A stretch of 64,000 nucleotides of DNA from Octopus sinensis (taxonomy: Eukaryota): contig NC_042998.1 of assembly GCF_006345805.1 (NCBI RefSeq), forward strand, positions 205,530,001 through 205,594,000, written 5' to 3'. Numbering within the stretch: position 1 is the first letter of the stretch; every line of letters begins with the position of its first letter. The notes under the pieces were generated by a model. The model saw only the letters and a list, made by a program, of their open reading frames with translations. It had not been told where the DNA came from and searched no databases. The translations under genes and the position numbers were made by a program. Positions 24,735 to 34,937 of the stretch are shown here, in pieces.

Positions 24735-25135
24735 AACTTAGTCCACTGGATGATTTTTGCTTAAGCTATAATGTAGTGTGTAAATGCCTGGTAATAACAG
24801 CACATTCCCACCAGGCTAGAGTCTACACTGGCAGCACTGTTGATTTCAAGTGTCACTACCAAGCACACATGAACACATTTCTACTACAAGCCTCTGGATT
24901 CTCTACCTTCCTAGCTAGGTACATACACAACTTCAAGTCCTGGAATATACCCTAAACCATAACCTGGTCCATTGTTTACAAGGCTTCTCAATACAATACT
25001 GTCACATTCATAAATTGTGATCTAGGGAGTCACTTGCAGTCCTTCACCACCATAACTCTTCATTACTCAATAGGTCATCTGACATAATCTTTTCATGTAA
25101 GCACGAATTTTATTCCACTTTTGCCCATTACACAA
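24735..25135 (+). mobile_element. Penelope-like element relic (GIY-YIG endonuclease C-terminal region)
   Basis: Hand translation SPLDDFCLSYNVVCKCLV...VYTGSTVDFKCHYQAHMNTF...STFLARYIHNFK...ITWSIV...LLNRSSDIIFSCKH fits the Penelope CPL..CL..VVY..YIG.T..FK.RY..H...LN.R.E....C.H pattern; contains an internal stop. Confidence 0.65.
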
Positions 25136-25636
25136 AGTTTCTAATTTCTCCTAATTATGATTAAGCCCTAACTTATCATCTAATCCTGCTTACAACATAT
25201 TCCTTTTCTTTCTCTTTCTCTCTATTTTCCTTGTACCTTTCTCCATATCTCAACATATCTTCCCCCTCTGCTACCCACCACTTATTCCTTGAATTCTTTC
25301 CTTGCCCCTTTCTGTCTTTCTCTATAACCAGTCTACTGCTATTCACTTCTCCCCTGATTAATGCCCCCCTCTACTTCTCTACTCCCTGCTAAGCCGCTTA
25401 CATCCTCCACCTCCTGGCCTTTTACTCTTTTCTTTCTCTTCTCCCCTTCAGCTTTTAAATCTCTCACACTATTATGTGTACTGCTATTCTCAATTCTGTT
25501 TCCTGACGAAGGAAGCGGGTTTTATGAAAATATATCTACACAGTCATTTACTGGTTGCATATCCATAATAATAATAATAATAATAATTGTGTACAGTGCT
25601 CAGGTGCACTACAACTCATCTAAAGTGTATATATAA

Positions 25637-28402
25637 TCAGGTGAAGTTTCGGCGGATTTCGGAAAGCATGAGGGCCTTAAAAGATGCAGTGTCATGGCAG
25701 TCAACAACTGACGCAGGCAGTTTATTCCATGCTTCAGCAACTCTGAGCGTGAAAAAATGTTTCCGAAAGTCATGGGAGCTGTATTGTTTTCTGACTTTGT
25801 AGGCATGTCCACGTGTGTTAGACACATGGAGATCAAAAAGGTGTTCAGTGTTGTTGTTGGTGAGGTGGTTGATAACTTTGTGGGTGTTTACCAAGTCCGT
25901 CGCCAAACGCCGGAGCTTCAGTGAATCCATGCCCAGGGAAACAAGGCGCTCAGAATATGGTAGGTGTCTGATGGAGGGTATGCGTTTGGTTGCACGTCTC
26001 TGGACAGATTCCAGGAGGTCAATGTTCTGTGCAAGATAGGGGTTCCAAACTGATGATGCGAATTCCAAGTGTGGTTGTACCATAGCTGTATACAGTTTTA
26101 AATAGATGGCTGGAGAGCGGCTAACAAAAGACCTGCTGAGTGATGCCAAGACACCCTCGGCCTTCCTGACAATCTTAGAGATATGCTTTGACCAACGCAG
26201 ATCACTGCTGACAGTGATGCCTAGGTCACGCTCGCAAGAGGATTTCTTGATATCAGTGTTGTGGAGGGAGTATGTGAACGCAGGGTTTTTTCTCCCAAAA
26301 TGCATGGTGGTACACTTGTCCACAGCCAGTTTCAGTTGCCAGTCTGTGATCCATTGCTGCATTGTGTCTAGGTCTGATTGCAGGAAAGAGTTGTAGACAT
26401 CAGGATCTGTCCTCTTGATTTCAAGGTACAGCTTGATGTCGTCTGCATATTTCAATACTGTGGCATTCTTTAAATTGGCATCTATGTCATTAATGTATGC
26501 CACAAACAAGAGGGGGCCAAGGACAGATCCCTGTGGTACACCCGATGACATCTCATATGGTGTAGAGTGCTGTCCTAGAACTGTGACTACCTCCTTTCGG
26601 CTGAGGATGAAGGATTTCAACCAGTTAAAAAGGTCATCCCCCACACCCATTGCAGAGAGTTTCACCATAAGCCTTTTGTGTGGCACAGAGTTGAAAGCCT
26701 TAGCAAAGTCAAGGTAGACAACATCCACCCATGAGCCACTGTCAGTAATCTGAGTAATGTCCTCAAGGAACTCGACAAGCTGGTCACTGCAGCTGGAGTT
26801 AGGGACAAATCCATATTGTGAGGGTCGGATGAGACTGTGAGAGCTCCAGAAGTTCCAGAGTGTTTCTCTGACACACGATTCCATCAGTTTTGCAATACAG
26901 CTAGTGAGACTGACTGGGCGATAGTTGACAGGTGATGTGTGGTCGCCCTTTTTGAACAGAGGAATGACACTGGCAGTTTTCCACTGCTCCGGAGTAGCAC
27001 CATTGTTGAGACAGTACTGGAAGAAAATAGAAAGCTGGTGTAAAAGGAAGTGCCTTCCACATTTGAGAAGCAGGTATGTAACTCCATCGAGACCAGGGGA
27101 GCCATAGTTGCGCTTATTTTGAAGGTGACGTCGCAGCATTGCAGGTGTAAATTCCATAGTTGTTATGGAGTTTGCTGTTAGTGATGGTGAAGATGGTACA
27201 TTTTGACTTTCAACAGTGAATATGTTTGCATAGCACTCGGCAATGAGTTCTGCGCATTCCTTGGGGTTGTCAGTGATCTGGTTTGTGTGAGGGTTGCGAA
27301 GAGGGCTCACTGGAGAGTGAGGTCTCTGCTTTGAGTGCACATATTTCCAGAAAACCTTGCTGTCAGGATTGGCTGCTATGCACTGTTCAAATTCAAGCAC
27401 TGCTTTTTTTGTCACTTGCTTGAGATGGTTGGAGGATTTATTCCGCTTCTTCCTGTTGGTGTCTGATTTATGCAACCTGTATTCCCGTTCAGCAGTCCGA
27501 CGTTCCCTCCTGGCAAGTCGGACCGCTGAAGTTTCCCAAATTGCCCTTTTGGGGCGGTTCTTCTTTTTTTGTTTACGTGGCACTGATGCTGCACATGCTG
27601 CCCATATTGAGTCCAGGATACTCTGGAGTATAGTATTCACATCTCCAGAGTTGTAGAATTCACGCCAGTTTGGGTGCTGTAGTTCAGTGTGGTACAGGTT
27701 CCAATCTGCTCTCTTCCAATCGAAGGAAGCAGATTGGAGATGGTTCAGGTTTTTGTTGCCCGCAAGAGCAGGATTGGCGATGATCATAGCATGATCAGAG
27801 TCACCTAGAGGTTCCTCCGTAGTGCAATTGATAACTGCTTCAGGAGTTGTGGTGAAGAGCAGGTCCAAGGTGTTGTCGCCTCTTGTTGGAGAGGTGACTA
27901 CTTGTGACCAGTTTGAGTCCAGCACAAGCTCAACAAAATCGTTTGCACTCTGTGGCCAATGGAAGGTTTCCCAATCGATCTCAGGATGATTGAAATCGCC
28001 TGCAATAAACACATAAGTGGCTGTTTTCCTGGCAGCAGCTCGGAGGACATTGCAAAGCTGTGTGTCCCGATGGTAACTTGGGGGACGATAAACAACGCCA
28101 AGCAGGAGTGTTGACATGGTCATACGCACGTCACAGAAAAAAACTTCTTCTTGTGATTCGTTCAAATCGGCACAAGGAATTACCAAAAAATTTGAACGAA
28201 CGTAGACCATCACACCACCACCACGGCGGTTAGTGCGGTCCTTACGGAAGAGGTTGTACCCCGTAATGTTGAAAACCCCATCACAGAGTAAGGAATGCGC
28301 CCATGTTTCCGTGACAGTGATGAAGTCAGGGTCAACACTTCTGACGTAGGCGTTGAACAAATGTATTTTGTTGCATAAACTGTGAGCATTTAAGGACAAC
28401 AA
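25637..28402 (-). CDS. LINE ORF2: AP endonuclease + reverse transcriptase, 921 aa, no stops or frameshifts
   Basis: APE motifs LNAHSL, VTETW, GGGV, VYRPP, GDFNHP, LDL, SDH. RT motifs PGLDG, YRPVSLTS, QYGF, YLDFAKAF, GVPQGSVLGPLLF, YADD, DLGI. CR1-type tail TRGH...FF..RV...WNKLP. The listed start is TTG and the frame stays open upstream across the ORF1 stop. Confidence 0.95.
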   Translation of the reverse strand: MLSLNAHSLCNKIHLFNAYVRSVDPDFITVTETWAHSLLCDGVFNITGYNLFRKDRTNRRGGGVMVYVRSNFLVIPCADLNESQEEVFFCDVRMTMSTLLLGVVYRPPSYHRDTQLCNVLRAAARKTATYVFIAGDFNHPEIDWETFHWPQSANDFVELVLDSNWSQVVTSPTRGDNTLDLLFTTTPEAVINCTTEEPLGDSDHAMIIANPALAGNKNLNHLQSASFDWKRADWNLYHTELQHPNWREFYNSGDVNTILQSILDSIWAACAASVPRKQKKKNRPKRAIWETSAVRLARRERRTAEREYRLHKSDTNRKKRNKSSNHLKQVTKKAVLEFEQCIAANPDSKVFWKYVHSKQRPHSPVSPLRNPHTNQITDNPKECAELIAECYANIFTVESQNVPSSPSLTANSITTMEFTPAMLRRHLQNKRNYGSPGLDGVTYLLLKCGRHFLLHQLSIFFQYCLNNGATPEQWKTASVIPLFKKGDHTSPVNYRPVSLTSCIAKLMESCVRETLWNFWSSHSLIRPSQYGFVPNSSCSDQLVEFLEDITQITDSGSWVDVVYLDFAKAFNSVPHKRLMVKLSAMGVGDDLFNWLKSFILSRKEVVTVLGQHSTPYEMSSGVPQGSVLGPLLFVAYINDIDANLKNATVLKYADDIKLYLEIKRTDPDVYNSFLQSDLDTMQQWITDWQLKLAVDKCTTMHFGRKNPAFTYSLHNTDIKKSSCERDLGITVSSDLRWSKHISKIVRKAEGVLASLSRSFVSRSPAIYLKLYTAMVQPHLEFASSVWNPYLAQNIDLLESVQRRATKRIPSIRHLPYSERLVSLGMDSLKLRRLATDLVNTHKVINHLTNNNTEHLFDLHVSNTRGHAYKVRKQYSSHDFRKHFFTLRVAEAWNKLPASVVDCHDTASFKALMLSEIRRNFT

Positions 28403-28458
28403 TTTGTACCCTGCTCGCAGTTTATGATGGTGTGTAGAGGAAGGCAGGTTGTTCTGGC

Positions 28459-29214
28459 TTAGTTTCCCTGAGTTGCTGTAGTCTTTTTAGTTATTGTGGG
28501 TAGAGAGCACTCAGACCAGCTGGTATCTCTCTTCCACGTTTCAGCAGTCTTGACAAATCTCCAGATTTGTCCATCTTCCCGAAGACTGAAGCTTTCCTGT
28601 AGAGCTGAGTTCCTATTCAGGGAAGCCACTACACGTAGCTTCGGACGTACATTGGACGGTAAGCCTGGGCGTGTTCGGAAGGTGGTCCGATTTTCCCGCC
28701 CAGCTTTAACTGAGGCCAGATGGTAAGAGGTTGCCTCAGTGGGGTCCGTAAAAGACAACTTGATGAGCCTAGGTTTTGGGCCAGGTCGTCCAAGGCGGAT
28801 AGCACCCGTTGGGGGAACGCAGCCTAGGTCTTTGGCTGAGTTGGCAGCAAAAGCCTGAAGATCAGCCATGTCTTCTGGCACCCCAATGGCAATGACTTCA
28901 TGGGTGGCAGAATCCGCGGTCTTAAATGCGACAAGAGGTACAGGTACAGGGAGGTTCTTTAGCAGAGCATTCCGATAAGACCCCTCATTGTGGAGTCCAA
29001 CCTGAATGGTTGCTTTTATTCCTGCTACTTCCCCTTTTAAAGCACAGATCGATTGTTGCAGTTCTGCAAGAACCGCACTGGTCAATTGGTATTGTTGTTG
29101 TTGCTGCTGTTGCTCTGGTTGTGGTTGATTTTGATTTTGTTGTTGCTGTTGTTGTTGCTGCTGCTCTGGTTGTGGTTGATTTTGTTGTTGCTGCTGCTCT
29201 GGTTGTGGTTGATT

Positions 29215-29249
<35 letters not shown>

Positions 29250-29406
29250 CTGGTTGTGGTTGATTTTGTTGTTGCTGCTGTTGCTGTTCCGCCTCCTCCA
29301 CGGGAGTGGCAGGGGGAGACACAATCGTCGGTTGTGGAGGCACGCAGGCCTGACACTGAAAAGTCCAAGATTTAAGCTGAACCATCTTCCAGAGTCTATC
29401 CATCAT
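28459..29406 (-). CDS. LINE ORF1 with polyQ/NQPQPE repeats, 315 aa or longer
   Basis: Lies directly upstream of ORF2. Contains WTFQCQAC (possible end of a PHD-like finger), a polyQ tract, a coiled-coil-like segment (LAELQQSICALKGEVAGIK) and RLGRP..KPRLIKLSF typical of CR1 ORF1 RRM-like regions. Frame is open without a start codon up to about 29559. Confidence 0.8.
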
Positions 29407-29579
29407 AGCATTATGGTGGCTCTTTTTTTGGCCTGGGATCTTCTGAAAGTCCGTGGCACATTGAAAAGCTATGCATTTTCTCTTTAGTATTCTGTATTTT
29501 CTATGCTCTACGTATATTATTTGCCTATATATATAATATATACCATCATTATATATATATCAACAGGTCTTCTTGATAT

Positions 29580-30400
29580 GCTGTGCTTGAGAAGACCTGT
29601 TGAGTCAGGTGAAATCGAAATTGTAGTCGTGGCTAGTGCTGCCTGACTGACACCTCTGCTTCTAGCACATAATAAGCACCATTCGAGTGTGGGTCAATGC
29701 TAGTGCCGCCTGACTGGTTCCCCATGCCAGTGGCACATAAAAATCACCATCAGAACATAGTCAGTGCCAGTGCCGCCTGACTGGCTCCTGTGCTAGTACC
29801 CACTACACTCTCGGAATGGTTGGCGTTAGGAAGGGCATCCAGCTGTAGAAAGATTGCTAGATCAGATTGGAGTCTGGGCAGCCTCCTGGCTTGCCAGACC
29901 TCAGTCAAACCGTCCAACTCCTGCCAGAATGGAATGCAAATGTTAACCAATGATGATGATATACATAAATATATAGATCGTTGCCAGGGCTGCTGAATAG
30001 CTCCTGTGCCAGTGGCATGTAAAAAGCACCATTTGAGCATGATTGTTGCCAGCGTCGACTTACTGGCACATGTGCCAGTGACAGTTGAAAAACAACATTC
30101 GAGCTTGGTCATTGCCAGTGCCACCAGTCTGGCTCCCATGCAGGTAGCACGTAAAAAACACCTTTTGAGAGTGGTTGTTGCCAGTACTGCCTGACTGGCC
30201 CTCATGTTGGTGGCACGTAAAAAGCACCCACTACACTCTCAGAGTGGTTGGCATTAAGAAGGGCATCCAGCTGTAGAAACTTTGCCAAATCAGATTGAGC
30301 CTGGTGCAGCCTTCTGGCTTGCCTGTCCTCAGTCAAACCATCCAACCCATGCCAGCATGGAAAGCGGACGTTAAATGACGATGATGATGATGATGATGAT
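29580..30400 (+). mobile_element. Two tandem RTE 3' UTR-type elements with about 65-70 bp subrepeats
   Basis: Repeated gccagt..actggc..gtgcc.gtggcac.taaaaagcacc units, each cluster ending in the (GAT)n-tailed terminus. Confidence 0.75.
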
Positions 30401-31095
30401 ATATATAATTTTAAAAATGTGTAGTAAATAAACAAATGAACGTATACTAAATCCACAGGTGAAGAGAAAGCACAGAAGGTCACCAACTCCTCATCAGTTA
30501 TCGGCCAGTTCAGCCATTATTGATAAGATTGCTTCCACCCTGGTGGGAGTGGCAAGAAATTTGCTGGGAATGGGACCAAAAATTAAATGAGAGGGGCTCA
30601 AGACGAGACTGTTAGACAAAACAAAAAACAGAATAAAGGCTTAGGGCCAGATGAAGACAACAATAATAAAAAAAATAATAATACTTATACAACAAAGAAA
30701 GCCTTGGGGCTGCAAGACAGACAAAAGTGGGTAACACAAGTACAGATATGCTTGTACACAAGTGTTTATCTCATGAATATATTTAGCTATATCATCATCA
30801 TCATCCTCGTTTAACGTCCGCTTTCCATGCTAGCATGGGTGGGACAATTTGACTGAGGTCTGGTGAACCAGATGGCTGCACCAGGTTCCAATCTGATCTG
30901 GCAGAGTTTCTACAGTTAGATGCCTTCCTAATGCCAACCATTCCAAGAGTATAGTGGGTGCTTTTATGTGCCACTGGCATGGAAGCCAGTGAGCTGCTCT
31001 GGCAACGATCATGCTCAGATGGTGCTCTTAATGTATTTATATATATATATATATATAGATACATATATTTATGTGTGTATGTGTATATACGTATT

Positions 31096-31126
<31 letters not shown>

Positions 31127-31127
31127 G

Positions 31128-31519
31128 GGCACAGGAGTGGCTGTGTGGTAAGTTGCTTGTTTGCCAACCACATGGTTCCGGGTTCAGTCCCGCTGCGTGG
31201 CATCTTGGGCAAGTGTCTTCTGCTATAGCCTCGGGCCGACCAATGCCTTGTGAGTAGATTTGGTAGACAGAAACTGAAAGAAGCCTGTCGTATATATGTA
31301 TATATATATATGTATGTGTGTGTGTCTGTGTTTGTCCCCCCCAACATCGCTTGACAACCGGTGCTGGTGTGTTTACGTCCCTGTCACTTAGCGGTTCGGC
31401 AAAAGAGACCGATAGAATAAGTACTGGGCTTACAAAGAATAAGTCCCGGGGTCGATTTGCTCGACTAAAGGCGGTGCTCCAGCATGGCCACAGTCAAATG
31501 ACTGAAGCAAGTAAAAGAG

Positions 31520-31520
<1 letters not shown>
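31128..31520 (+). mobile_element. Full-length tRNA-derived SINE family A in (TA)n
   Basis: Best reference copy. More decayed copies at about 11522-11675, 36770-36990(-), 48945-49335(-), 57015-57330, 58485-58910. Confidence 0.85.
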
Positions 31521-31570
<50 letters not shown>

Positions 31571-32493
31571 ACTCATATTGGCATGGAAAACATTAAATGA
31601 TGATGATGATGTATGTAAGTTTACGCATGTCTCTCCCATTGTGACATATAAGAGCACATGTCACTGTCAAACTGACAAGATAGTGTATCAACACTCTTTT
31701 TTTTTGGCTTCTTTGTTTGTGGTCTGATGGTGCAGATAAGGGCACTTGACTGAAGCACTTTGACCCAAGAAGTCCCACCAAGAGCTGTGAACTGTGCTTT
31801 ATCAACGTCATGTGACTACTTACATAAGAACAATTAAGTACAAGTTAATAAACTTCAGTTAGCAACCAAAACAGAATTTTTAATCAATTGTAACTAGTGT
31901 TGTCAAGGGAGGAAATGTCTTTTGTGTTGTGGAGAGGGACAAGGGAATGAACACTGGACCTTAAGTTTATTTATGGTTAAATGGAATGGGGAGTGAGTGT
32001 AATATCTAATAAGAATGGAGACAACTCAGGACATGTTTTGGACTTATTTGACCCCTTCAGTCTGACATATTGAAACCAACAAGGGAGCCTCTTCAGTTAC
32101 ATGACCAGCTAGAAATAACAGCCAAATTTCCCCTCAAGTCACAGATTACTGCTTTAAAAAGCAAGGGGCTTCTTAGATAATTTAGTCTTGTTTATTAAAA
32201 AAAATAGGGGAGATGTTCACAGTTGGAATGACATTGAGCTAAAAAATGGTCTAATTTTGGTTTGTATTAGTAACCTTCAATTTATGGGAAGGGATCAATT
32301 GATTAAATTGACCTCAGAATGTGACTAGAATTTGAAAGGCAAACCCAACTCTACTAATACTGAGAAAGGTGATGGAGTGTAGAAGCGGTAGAGCACCAAA
32401 CTAAAGAATGTGCTCTAATCTGTTGCCTGGCTTCAAGTCCGGTCAGTCTGACCATTTCCTTCATCCTTTCAAGATCAATAAGTACCAGTTATA

Positions 32494-34016
32494 CAGGTTG
32501 TCTCAAAAGTTTATGTCACATTCTAAGAACACTTATATCATGAACTACAAATGATAGCATTATTGAACTGGTACCGTTTAAAAGTTAAAATTGTCAAGTT
32601 TTCTTCTGCAAATTTAATTTGAATTCAATTAATCAAATCCTATAACTGGCACCCGGCCATTGCCAGTGCCGCTGGACTGACTCCTGTGCAGGTGGCAAGT
32701 AAAGAAACACCTATTGAGTCAAGTACATCAACATCAAAAATCAATGGAAATTGTAGTTGTGATCCCTGTACCGGTGGCACGTAAAAAGCACCATACGAAC
32801 GTGGTCAATGCCAGCACTGCCTTGACTGGCTTCCATGCTGGTGGCACGTAAAAAGCACCCACTACACTCACAGAGTGGTTGGCATTAGGAAGGGCATCCA
32901 GCTGTAGAAACACTACCAGATCAGACTGGAGCCTGGTGCAGCCTCCTAGTTTCCCAGACCCCGGTCGAACCGTCCAATCCATGCTAGCATGGAAAACGGA
33001 CGTTAAACGATGATGATGATGATGATGATAATTAAATTTGATTTAATTTTTCTTATTTCTCTCTTTTCAGATCTTGTAATGTCATTCACAAAACAAGAGA
33101 AGTCATTTTGCGTCCTAGAATCTGCTAAAACTGAATCATGGACACATGTTCAATGCAAATTTCAGGCTCCAGACAGATGTTCCATTTTGAATTGTCTTGC
33201 AAAATTTAAGGAGGTGGGGTGTTTGTGCCTGGCAAAGAGAATAGGACCCCCTGTGCAAAATTCATGGTGAATAGGTCTATCAGAGTCCTTCAATTGTTGA
33301 ACCAATTGCAGCTTGTATGGTGTAAACTGCAGCCGTCTCCTTCAGATGCGCCAAACAGTTGTTGATGGGAGCCAGAGTTCTTGACTGGCTATTCTGACTG
33401 ATTTCTGGGGGCTGCACCGGAAGGCTTGCCAAACTTGTTCAACCATATCATCTGAAGTTGAAGGGCATCCTGTTCTCTTTTCCAGGCACAAAAACCCCTC
33501 CTCCTTAAATTTTGCAAGACAATTCAAAATAGAACATCTGTCTGGTACCTGCTTGGTAAACATTGCATGAAATTTGCATTGAACATGTGTCCATGATTCA
33601 GTTTTAGGATATTCTAGGACGCAAAATGACTTCTCTTGTTTTGTGAATGACATCACTGGACCTGAAAAGAAACAAAATTTAATTTAGTTCAATTTAATTA
33701 AAATTATATTAACAGAAGAAAACGTGACACTTTTAGCTCTTAAATGGTACCAGTTCAATCATTCTATCATGAAAGAGACGGCTGCAGTTTACACCATTCA
33801 AGCTGCGATTGGTTCAACAGTTGAAGGACACTTATAAACCTATTCACCATGAATTTTGCACGGGTCCAGGTACAAACATAGGATTTGATTAATCAAATTA
33901 AAATTAAATTTGCAGAAGAAAACTTGACACTTTTAGCTTTTAAATGGTACCAGTTCAATGATGCTATCCTGATATAAGGGTTCTTAGAATGTGACGTAGA
34001 CTTTTGAAACACCCTG
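32494..34016. mobile_element. Rearranged (foldback) Tc1/mariner element with Tc3-like transposase N-terminus
   Basis: TA flanks at 32492-32493 and 34017-34018. Termini CAGGTTGTCTCAAAAGT / ACTTTTGAAACACCCTG with about 140-bp inverted arms. ORF 33342-33656(-) MSFTKQEKSFCVLEY...SPQKSVRIASQEL..PSTTVWRI is HTH-like. An RTE-type repeat is inserted at 32645-33030. Confidence 0.85.
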
Positions 34017-34904
34017 TATATTGGAGCTGATATAATCAAGAAGAGGAGTCTCACTGGTGCATAAACGTGTTGCCTTGGTTACGTGCATCTTACTCAAGTA
34101 TATTGTTGTTGTTGTTGTTTGTATTTAACTCCTGCACAACCTGTTTGAGCAGGTCTATGATAAAAAATATTCCAGTTATGGTCATGTTGTTTAACCCTAG
34201 GTCAACCTATTTGATCAAAGTTGTTGCAACCATAATGATCCATCTTATTAGACATGGTATAATCAGAGAAATGTCACCTTCCTTTTATTTGACATTGCAG
34301 AGTTTGATTTGAGGGAAACACAGCTGTTATTTCTAGCATGTCACCTGACTGTGGAAAGGCTTTCTTGATAGTGTCTCAACAATGTTGTTGCTGTTGCTGT
34401 TGTTGTTCTTAGCACTGGGTCACATCTCATTCAATAGACTTATGATCAAAGTCATTCTAGCTATTGTTCATTCTATTTGGTTTCTTCTAGGCCTTGTCTA
34501 CCAATCTACATTTTGCATATTGCTCACATTAACTGTTGTTGTTGTTTATCTTCAGCTCAATTCTGACCACATTTTTTTTTAAATATCAGTTTGATATATA
34601 TATACACTAAACACAGTTCAATATATAATCTCAACTTTTAGAAAGAGTTTGCTGCTATTTCTAGCATGTTATTCAACCCCATAGAGGTTCCCTCGTTAAC
34701 CATCTCCATTATCATTATTTACAGCTGTTCGGCCCAGTGAGTTTGTTGACCTCTGTTATATCTGGTCTGATTAGGGGATGGAGATAAATAAACACTCCAC
34801 TGACACACATTAATCAAAGCTGTCTTATCATTGTCAACAAAGAATCTTAAAACCAGGGGCAAAGGGACCATAATATCAGCTGCAGACGGTGGCGGTGGCG
34901 GTGG

Positions 34905-34937
<33 letters not shown>

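Larger units (their letters stand above)
25564..29490 (-). mobile_element. Near full-length CR1-clade LINE with ORF1, intact ORF2, short 3' UTR and (ATT)n tail
   Basis: Two long tandem ORFs, a 3' stem-loop and an (ATT)n tail at 25564-25588. No target duplication recognised; 5' boundary uncertain. Confidence 0.92.

Noticed and set aside
25545-25563. Target-site duplication for the long CR1 element
   Set aside because: No convincing direct repeat found near 29490-29560; only low-complexity AT similarity.
28926-29487. Hydrophobic poly-L/poly-V ORFs resembling membrane proteins
   Set aside because: Antisense readings of the CAA/CAG tract of LINE ORF1.
29620-30230. Regularly spaced palindromic repeats resembling a CRISPR array (also 39400-39660, 52115-52430)
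   Set aside because: The intervening sequences are homologous to each other rather than unique spacers, there are no cas genes, the context is eukaryotic, and the arrays belong to retroelement 3' UTRs.
31128-31200. tRNA-like sequences with A and B boxes
   Set aside because: They are SINE heads continuing into SINE bodies; no complete cloverleaf is evident.
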